Assembly (NCBI GenBank): GCA_964247055.1
Contig: OZ176051.1
Coordinates: forward strand, 10,478,001 to 10,542,000
Direction: 5' to 3'
DNA: 64,000 nucleotides
Origin: Paragordius varius
Lineage: Eukaryota; Animalia; Nematomorpha
The translations under genes and the position numbers were made by a program. Positions 14,401 to 24,283 of the stretch are shown here, piece by piece; within the stretch, counting starts at the first letter, position 1; each line of letters begins with the position of its first letter. The notes below the pieces were generated by a model. It was not told where the DNA came from. It saw nothing but the letters and a program-made list of their open reading frames with translations, and did no database searches.

Positions 14401-17400
14401 TAACGAAACTGAAAAATAAGAAAACGAATGGTGCTAGTAGATATAAGAAACAGAGATTACGAAATAACGCACTTATCATTATGGATGATTGTGACAATAA
14501 TTTGCTAACATTACGGTATAATGTTTGCAAGGTAATCTACTGCGATATGCATGATGATAGATATCAATGTAATCATAAAACAAAAATTTCTTCACACATC
14601 TTAAACAGAATCGCTCGCGATGATAAACAGAGATCACCAAGAGCTGTAAGTGATATACCCCTGTTTGGTACAATACCTTCGAAACAAAGAGCAATGGCTT
14701 CAATAAAAAGTAACCAAGTTTCATTTTTATATTTTGTAATCAATCTTTTATTGAGAGTTATCGTAGCTATAAGGCATAGTAAAGAAATATAATATGAAAT
14801 ATATTATAAAGTTAGTAGCGAACATTTAAAAAAGTCTGTACCTTGGGTTAACTTTGAGCTGCCTTCGTCAGGGGCCAAATATAGGGGTGTTATAATAAAA
14901 TACATGTTTACGTATTTTATTAAGAAATAATCTATAATATAAATATTAAAATTAATGAGATTTGTGTTGCTGTCATTATTTTTTACAAATATTTTACTCA
15001 CATTTTCGTAAGTAGATGTCACCATAGAAAGTTTGGAAATTATAGTGCTTAATACAGCTCGAGATAAACCATTTTTGATTAAAGCCCTATTAAACTATGC
15101 AAGACTATTCAAGGGGCTTACAAGATAGGGGGAGGGGAATGGGTATTCAAAAAGGAAGGGATCGGAATCAGGGTGTATTAATTAATAATTCCAAATATTA
15201 TTTTTACCATGCGACCATTAACGATCAATCAGTGGATGAATGCATATTTAACACATAATATGATAAATGTTTAGGAGTTGGAACAAAAAATTCCCAAATA
15301 AATTGGCATTATTTTTAAATAATAAATTACCATTTTTTTCTGAAGGTTTAATCAATTAACATAGTTTTTTAATTTTGACTAATTTATTACAAAACGGTTT
15401 GCCATCAAAAAACCATAATTAAATTGTATTTTTCAGATTTTAGGTTCACTGTGAAATTGTTTGCCCAAATATATTTACAATTTTAGACAAAAGGGGATGT
15501 GAAATGTTTAAAGCAGTGATTTCTAAAAGTGCTTTTTTATGGCCTTAAAATATTTATTTGATTAGTTGTATTTGAATATAAATGTCTGAAATGTGTCAAA
15601 CAGCTTTGAATTTTTTATCGGTATTATATGGTCCTCGGTTTAAATTTTTTTAGTGGGTACCACTGGCTTGGAGCTTGCCCTTCTGAATTTATGATTGTTC
15701 ATTATACACAGGCTTTCAGTTGTAATAAACGTTAATCCTTCAATGAATATCGCTTTTTAAAATGTTCAAAAACATATAAATAATTTTGTGTTAATTTATT
15801 TAGCAAAAAGTTCGACCATATTGAATGGTCAAAATGATTCAACGTTTGGTTTCATAGTATACCTCAATGACACAGAACTGTTTTATGCCATATCAAAGAC
15901 AGCGATTAAAAAACTTCGGCACCATCTGCAAAACATAATTGGTAGCAATGAATATGATAACTTTGATATATCACCCCAAAATCAAGTAGACAAAGGATTT
16001 TTGCGAACTGGATTCATATCATCTCTTAAACAACAAATAAATAATAGAAGTAAGGAGAATAAAAAGGCTAAAATACCCACATCCCCTCTAAACTATGAGA
16101 TTGCTCATGAATGCTTACCCAGTGTAGTCCACAATATAGTCATTTTAAGTATCCACCTTATCATTGGATGTACACTACCCATAAGCATAGCATTTATCCT
16201 CTATATACTCACTATGAAACATTTATGGATGAATAACATCCATTTGGATACCGAGAAACCGAATGAGTTGCGAAACTTACAGGTAATATTCATTTATTTA
16301 TCCTTAAAAGTATTGCATATAATAACCAACTATAAGTTTTATATAAATAAAAAAAATGTTAATCATATAAAACAGTTGCTATTAGTGTACATGTGGTTAT
16401 TTAATTTTAAATCAATATTATAAAAAATTATTTAGCTGATCTCTTTTACATATTTTAATTCCTTCTTATGGCTTACCAGCATTTAGCTCAACATTTTTGC
16501 ATTCAACATCATTATTTTTTACTCGATCAAAAAATTATTGATTAAAAACTTTAATTCAATTAAAAATAAATGATAAGGAACAATTTTGATTAATAAATAA
16601 TGTTTGTTCATTTAAAAATAATTTGTAGCTTGTAATAGTTTTAATAAAATATTTTACTCGCAATAAAAATTTAGCGATATCCTGATAAAAAAATTAATCA
16701 TTTTAAATTCGTCTATCTTATTAATGAATTATAAGCAAATGGAAAATTATTTTTTTTAATATTAACACCCGATTAGAACAGTTTTTAGTTTCGTTTCTGT
16801 TTTTTTCAGATACTAATCGGTTCAATTTAAAAATATTTTCGGCAATTAAATAAAGATTAGGTTCCATTTGAATAGGCCCAAAAATTATAAAACGCAAACA
16901 AAACTCATTAAGGCTTTTTTTCGAAATTCTGATCTCCTTTTTAGGACAGTTTTTTATTTTGGAAAAAAAGTTTAAAAATCAAATTTCTAGATTCTTAGTC
17001 TATGTTAACAATTGAAATACTAGTAATGGTTTAATAGAGTTTCATAATCCCTAATATTTAAGCGATCTAATTGAAAAGTGTTTAATGAAAAGGATTGTAA
17101 TATTATTTGAATAAAAAATTTGACTTAAACAAAAAAGTATTAAGCTTGGTTAAAAATTCTGAAATTTAATTATATTAATATTTATTTCAACAACCACATA
17201 TGTTATTCCCCCAATAAGTGTTCTACTTTTGACTAGTGCTCTAATTGTTATTGGTATTTACCTTAATGTTTTCCCTGTTTAGATTAGGGAATAAAACTTT
17301 TTATATGTATGTACAAATTAAATTTTATTTATATTTTAGGTGTAAACTTTAATCAATCAATTAGAAATTTAAATTAGTAAGGTGTGGAAAGATACTGTCT

Positions 17401-20256
17401 GTGAAAGTGTTTTGGTTTATAGGCTGGTAAATTAATAAATTATTTATAAACTCTCTCGTGAAAGGTAAACATAAAGATACCTTTTAATTGAGACGAGCAT
17501 TATCACGTTGTTATTTATCAGAAAATGTCGGGTGATTATTGATTTTTTAAGTCCAATGAAATGTCACATAAATCGTAATTTAATTATTTGCAACTCTAAC
17601 ACTGCGTCCATCGGGGAGTATAAAAAAATAACCACAGGAAATATTTATTAGCTGATAGGAAAATAGGATTATTATGGTGCTTTTGGCTTTTACGAGTCTA
17701 AAAGTGATTTACACTTTGGTTAATGCTCCATATCAGAAAATGGTTATATTAGCGCATATTTATTAAAATAATTTTTTTGATAAATTCTAAATGCTTCATT
17801 CCGAAAATATCGCTAATCATTAGCTGTATAAAAAGCATAAAAATGTTTTTAAAAAAAATTATAGTTGTGAGCTCGAAAGTCCCAAATTTTTTCGCCCTCC
17901 TAAAATGGGTTAGTTCTCTAAAATAAACCCAAAAATGCCGATTGCGCGATAAAAATAATAATTATATATTCATTTCGATATCAACTAAAAATATTTTTTA
18001 AAATGCATATTTTGCAAAAATATTGAAGCCCACTTAATACTTTAATTTTAAAACATGATTGAAACGGTATTATAAAAACTCTTAAGACATTGTAAAAACA
18101 CTTTTTATACATATTATATGATGATTAACATTCAGTTCAAAATTTTAAATTACAATATTAGTAAATATATATTGCTAGAAAGTTATCAATTATTACCATA
18201 TAGCATATGCAGCACAGAGATTTATTTTTGTCTAATAAGAGTAAAAATACAAAAAAATAACAATAAGCCAATAATACTGCCCTTTTTTATATGCTATTTG
18301 GCAATAATGAATAACTTTTACCCATGTATACTTACTCATACTGTAAAAGTTCGTTTGTTATAAAATTTTGGTGCAAAAACAATATATAATTGACATAATT
18401 TTGAAGAATATCCAATATTTTAATTCTGAGGTGAATGTTCATCATCATTTATAAAAAATGTGTTCTTATGGTAGAAAGCGTTTTAAACCGTTTCCATCAT
18501 GCCTCGAAATAATGTGAAGTAGGCTTCAACAAAATTTTACTAAATATTAAATTTAGTTGATATCAAAGTTTAGCATATGTTTAAAATTTTTATCGCGCAA
18601 CTCGGCATGGTAACTTTTATTAGTGAACTAGCCTATTTTTGCAAAAAAATGGAACTTTATTGTTTTGTTTTTTCATATGTAATTTATAATATGGTTTAAT
18701 GATATCTTTTGAATTGATGAATTTAGCTTTTACCAATTTATTTAAATAAACGTGTGCAAATTTTGCCAATTATTAATATGGAGCACTTACCAAAAAAGTG
18801 TAAATAACTTTCTTAAATAATTGTGAGGGCCAAAATCAAAAGCGCCATGATTATCCTGATTTATATTTCTATCAGATAATATATATTACTCCAGGTTATT
18901 TTTTTGTGGACACTATATAATATAATGGATTATTGTTTTATTTTAAAACAATAAATGTGGTGATTATTTAATAGTAAAATGTAAATAAGTTAATGAGTAC
19001 TTGCTTGAAAAATTAATGAATAAAGCACTTGAATATTCTGGTAGGTTTCTACTAAGTTGTCATGATTATGTCATTATACTTGATTCAAAGAAGATAACAT
19101 AACTTAAGCATAACTATTTTCTATAGGTTTTATAAGTTAGCCTCTAAGATTTTTCGCGCACTGTGTATAAAAATGAATCCATTTAATTTTATAATTATTT
19201 TATCTTAGTATTTAGCTATATCTCGAAGCCTTTCAGCCATCAGAATGATGTTAGCTCTGTTGACACTTTATGCGGTGTGCACTATCCCTTTCTATTTGGT
19301 AGCATTTTTGGAGGTGTTTGACCGCTTAGATGTCAATTACAATTTTATTTACCTGCAAAACCTGTTGATTTTGACGGATCATTGGTTACATATTGGTCTT
19401 TACGTATATTTCAATCACACCTTTCGTAAATGTTTCCTAGAAACACTAAAATGGTTATGGTTAAAAACCCGTATACCTATGGCTCTTTCACTATGTGGCT
19501 TTCCAATCCCTCAAAATATTGAATATCAACGGACCAGGTCACAAGATTCTACTTATAGGCAACATCGTAAGAATGGCAGGACCTCATCGTTATACAGCAG
19601 AATTTTGAGGTTTGGCATAGTAACCATGTATTGAACAAAAAAATATGTTATTAGGATATACTTAAATACTTGTAAATAATTTTTAAACACCATTGTATTT
19701 TAGAATTAACCGAGAACATCCTTCATTCAGTTTGTTTCAAGGGCGAGCCGTTAAAAGCAAATCTCGTTTGAGTGATTTGCTTAACATGAACCCGACAATA
19801 TTTTTACATCCAGAAAAATCGGATTATGAGGAAACTGAGATGAATATTAAGGGATTGTCAGAAGAAAATAATAAAAATTTACTAAGTTTTCCCAAAAGAA
19901 GTAGAACGGTTTCTTTTACCCATTCTATTGTGATAAACGAAGAAGACAAGCTACAATCCTCATCTTCATCATCCAGAAAACATGATAGTTTAAAAGATTC
20001 GATCGGGCCATATTTAATTAAACCTGATCCCAACTCGAGTAACAACAAATTATACCAGGATAAAACTACAGTAAAAACTGATGACAGTAGCGAACCATTT
20101 ATATCAGGGCAATCTAAAACATTGGTTAAGCTCATGCCAAAATCTCACACTAGCAGGAATAGCAGTATAAATTTGAACAATATAAAAAATATATTTGTAA
20201 AAACTAAAGCGTCTCAACTCCCAAAAATACTTATTACAAGTCCAGAAGATGAATAA
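8497..20256 (+). CDS. Class A (rhodopsin-like) GPCR, neuropeptide-receptor-like, with giant ECL2; ~1255 aa
   Basis: Exons 8497-8689, 12568-14709, 15804-16282, 19209-19609, 19704-20256. All junctions GT-AG and phase-compatible; 3768 nt total. TM1 YGLCIFLIIVCN; TM2 TTYYFISSLA..GFMIP; TM3 IAVDRY; TM4 IYGIWLCALLYCLP; ECL2 Cys HEC; TM5 GCTLPISIAFILY..HLW; TM6 YAVCTIP; TM7 HIGLY; helix 8 FRKCF. The exon 2/3 junction is the least certain. Confidence 0.85.
17599..18916. mobile_element. Tc1/mariner-type MITE with ~450-bp TIRs (complete copy, in GPCR intron 3)
   Basis: 17599-18060 is the reverse complement of ~18450-18916. Termini TA|ACACTGCGTCC ... GGACACTATA|TA, family consensus TA|CACAG(T/C)GTCC..AAATAACCTGA. 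No transposase inside. Confidence 0.75.
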
Positions 20257-21244
20257 ATCACCTTAAAATAATAGAAAAAAGATTTATTCTTCTGAACATA
20301 CAACATCATTTAATAATTTATGAGATAGTTTTTTACAAGATCTTATACATACATTTACAAATCAAAATTTATTTGTTTTTATTGTTAAAATGCAAACTTA
20401 AAAACGCTAAATGTTAATTCCGGGGATCACGCACACATTTTATACCAATAAATTAACTTTAATTCAATTAATTTCTAAAATAAGTGAATGTTAGTGGCCA
20501 TTAGGTTTATATACTAAACAAAATTTATCATTATTAGTGTATCCATCCAAAATAAGTTAATGTGGTTTTGCCGCTTTATTCAGAAAAATTAATTATAAAA
20601 TGGTTAAAAAAATAATAATTAAAACTTTGTAATGTATTCTACAATAAATTAAAAAATAATGATTAGTTAAGAAATGGAAAAAGCTTCTCAATCCATAATG
20701 GAAATATTAATTTAGTTCGTTTGAAGCAATGAAATTATTTTTTCATTACAGTTTAAATTAATAATTTGCCGAAATCAAATATTAAAAAAATAGAAATCTA
20801 TCCCTAAAATAAATTATGAGTATGACAACCAACAGAATTGTTTAATGACTTTTAACCTTATCTAATAACAAAAGTACCAAACATAATATTTATAAACACT
20901 GTTCGTTATTTTATAAATTGTTAAAATTTTTGAAATTTTTGTTAAAAATCTTTGAAAAATGTCGGCAAATATGAAGGATTGTATATCGTAATGTGTACGC
21001 GTATAGATTTTATTTTTAAGTATAGAAAATTAAAAAATCTTTTGAAACATACTGTAACTACATCAACAACTTGCGTGCCAATCTTTAAAACTAGAGTATC
21101 ATATGATATCTCATAATATAGAATTAATTTTAATAGTTTTAAACAAAATTATTTTAAAGTATTGTTGTTAAAACTTTAGGTAGATTAAAAACATTAATTA
21201 ACATTTTTCAAATTTAAAATATCAGGTTTAATTTCATGTTTTGA

Positions 21245-22581
21245 TGGAATTTTTAGAAAAACTAATGAGAGCATATCGAACAAATATTGATTCCAGGTAT
21301 TCTCCGTAAAAAGGCAAAAATATTAATCAAGCGCTTTTTTAATTAGCCTCTGGTAGGGTGTTACCCGCCAACAACTGCACCACCATATCGATACAGCCCG
21401 GATGGCAAATTTTAGAAAACTTATCAGGCCATATAAGTTTAATAAGGGCTCGAAATATTACCCGTAAAAAGGGAAAAATTTAATTAGCTTTATTAAATTA
21501 CGCTTTAATTTGGCCCTTGCCCTAAAAATGCGCCACCATAGAATGACTTATTGGCATTGAGGCCATTTTTCGAAAATCCCACGAGAGCATATGGAATCAG
21601 TCATGATTTCAGGAATTACCTGAATTAAGGCAAAAATTTTAATCGAGTGTCTTTTTGTTTCGCCCCTGGTTAGGGGCTGCCCGCATAAAACTGCGACACC
21701 ATATCGATACAGCATGCTTTTGGAGCCAAATTTCAGGAAACCTATGTGTCTAATAGGAACATATGGAATCCATGATTATTCCAGATATTCCCCAAGAAAG
21801 ACAAAAATTTTGTCCAACGCTTTTTTTACCCCCTGGGTAAAAAGCTACCCGCCAAAAACTGCGCCACTGTATAGAAAATGCGTTGTTTTGGAACTAATTT
21901 ACAGATAATTTATGAAGCCATATGAGTTCATTAAAAGCTTGAAATATTACCCGTAACTAGAAAATTAAGGTCGGCCTTTTTTTAATCAGCCGTTAATTTG
22001 GGGCCTTTATGCCCCTAAAAATACGCCATCACATAACGATTATTTAGTCTTGAGGTATTTTTTCGAAAACTCCATTAGACGATGGTATCAAAGATGATTC
22101 CAAATATTTTCCATATAAAGGCAAAGAATTTAACTCAGCGCTTTTTCATATAGGTCTATGGGTAGGGGTCTACCGGTTTAAAACTGAGGCGCCCATACAA
22201 AAATGGCGTGGTTTTGGAGCCGATTAAAAGACTTATACGAGTTCAGTAAAAAACATTTCTGGCGAATTTGTATATCATTCTTTCCTTTAAACAGCGACCA
22301 AAAATGAGTTTTATATCCCTTGGTCCCAGCTGTGTGAACACAATATAAAAATAAAACTTTTAATCATAATTTCGTGAAACGAAAATCTCAAATTAAATCC
22401 AATGAATATTAACTTTCATAAGGGACAGTTTAAATATGGTCAATTTCGAGTAAACAATATTTAAGCCTATGTAAAACCCGTAAAAGATTAATTAAAGACA
22501 TTTTTTTATTTAATATGTTTTTTATTATTTTATCTCCATTTCATCCATTTATTGTAAGCGGAGCGTTACAGGGCCAGCTAG
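21245..22581 (+). mobile_element. 5'-truncated non-autonomous Helitron, copy 3, with a different 3' terminus
   Basis: 21245-22252 is the reverse complement of the ~315-bp array in 2760-4180. It ends in hairpin TGTAA(-)GC-GGA-GCGTTACA then GGGCCAG-CTAG|T at 22578-22582. Confidence 0.75.
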
Positions 22582-22669
22582 TTTTTTAAAATTCACCAAA
22601 TCTTTAAAAATAAACCTTAAAAATAAAATCCTGAGGTGTTAAATAGCAGCCTCATCGAATTAGATATAA

Positions 22670-23175
22670 AAAGTGGTTTTATAATATATATCTTAAAACG
22701 TTTTTAAACCGTTTCTAACTACGACTCAAAATAGCATGAAGTACCCTTCAACAAAATTTTGTTAAAATTAAATTTTTGGAAAAAGAACGCACGCATTGTT
22801 TAAAAATATTATTAGTTGATATCAAATTTTAGCAAATATTTTATATTTTTTATCGCTCAATCCCATTTTGCATTTATTTGTAAGTGGACTAGCCCATTTT
22901 AGAAGAGCAAAATAATTTTGTGACTTTCGGAGCCCACTAAAAATATTTTTAAATATTGGTTTGCTTTTTATGTGTAGTTTGTGATGCTCAGGGCTATTTT
23001 TTGGAATGAAGCTCCCGGCTTCAATAAAATTTAATTTTCATTTTCTGATATGAAACACTTACTAAAAAAGTGTAAATACCTTTTTAAAAATCACTCGTAA
23101 GAGCCAAATCCAAAAGCACCACAATATTCTGATACGTTTTCCTATCCGAATCAGGTTATTTTTGTGGACACTGTG
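22670..23175. mobile_element. Right arm of the same Tc1/mariner-type MITE family
   Basis: Similar to 18450-18916; ends TCAGGTTATTTTTGTGGACACTGTG|TA at 23175. Confidence 0.7.
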
Positions 23176-23297
23176 TAATATATTGTTTGTTAATTTTATC
23201 TTATATTTAAAATTAGGTTGATAAACAGTTAAAAGCCAATGTAGACCCTTTATATATTAAGGCATAATATTTAGAGATTTGTTGATAAATATGATTT

Positions 23298-23606
23298 CTA
23301 GGGAAGGAAGAAGTCAAAAAGATAATTTATTTATACGGTAAATGCCATATCTGGTGAAATAAGTATTATGGGAATCAATTACACCAAAACCTCCCACCAA
23401 AATAGGCATAATAGCGAAAAAAATCATAATCAAAGCATATGATGTAATTCCATCATTATAAAAAGACCCTGAATTTCGTAAATAAGGTGAATGTCTAAGT
23501 TTCTTCTATTGATTACTCCTAGAGTTTTACCCTGAAATGCTTCTCAAAACCTGAAGATATATATTATACCAATATCTTTATGTGAAGTAGGAAAAATTCA
23601 TCGCAT
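23298..23606 (-). pseudogene. COX1: NUMT: degraded 5' fragment of mitochondrial cox1
   Basis: With TGA=Trp and small frameshifts the minus strand reads MRWIFPTSHKDIG..Y ... ALIMIFFAIMPILVGGFG(N)W ... PDMAF.R.NKLSFWLLP, the canonical COX1 N-terminal motifs. Confidence 0.9.
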
Positions 23607-24283
23607 ACTATTTATGTTAAAATCTTGTCTTGGCTACATCTAACGAATTTAACAAAAGCTTTGCATAATAAAAAAATCCTTATTCCAAGGTATTTGCGAT
23701 AATTTTTTGACATTACTACTAAACTTACCGATTTATCCTATTGTCCCTGCAATTTTTCAGATATGTTTAATTTTGGGGTATGTTGTAAAAATATACATTT
23801 ACCGTCCTCGTGCGTGATGGAATGACATTAATGGAATAAATAATCAATATGGCTTTATACAAATATATATTTTTAGTTTTAACTAAGGAACATTTTTAGA
23901 TGGGATTCGTTTAGCGATCTGTAATTTTTTAAATAACCCAATTTTAACTTTGACACTATTTTATTACCCCCCATAACCATTTAACCCTGCGATTTTTTAT
24001 AAAATATCGTACCAATTCAGATTTATAATAGTAATTACCTTACTAAATTAAAATAAATGTTGGAAAATTTTTATATGGCTCCAATATATTTCGATTTCGA
24101 ATCTATCTTTTGCTCATCCAAATCAATTTTATATTTGAAAGCAAATCCTAAAATAGACTATGATATATAAACATAAAATAATAATTTATAAATAATTTCC
24201 ATTTACAACATAAAACTAATGATTGATGCAATAAATGTGATTAGGGAACAAAATATATTTGGTTTTTTATAGTTATCAACACA

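Noticed and set aside
14646-14651. Perfect GTAAGT donor as the end of GPCR exon 2
   Set aside because: It is phase 0, whereas the evident acceptor at 15803 needs phase 1. It would require a weaker downstream acceptor (~15898). Not excluded; it would shorten the loop by ~55 aa only.
13677-14724. Antisense ORFs within the GPCR exon (also 19824..20135, 24708..24980, 53667..53876, 58133..58418, 59889..60089)
   Set aside because: Shadow ORFs on the opposite strand of real exons; hydrophobic composition is expected from the reverse complement of A-rich codons.
18118-18363. ORF inside the long-TIR MITE as a transposase
   Set aside because: No DDE or HTH motifs; AT-rich filler sequence.
23298-23606. 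Coding palindromes in the cox1 fragment, as reported for nematomorph mitogenomes
   Set aside because: Only a ~7-bp inverted match is visible, so it gives no support for a taxonomic assignment. The organism is left as an unidentified invertebrate.
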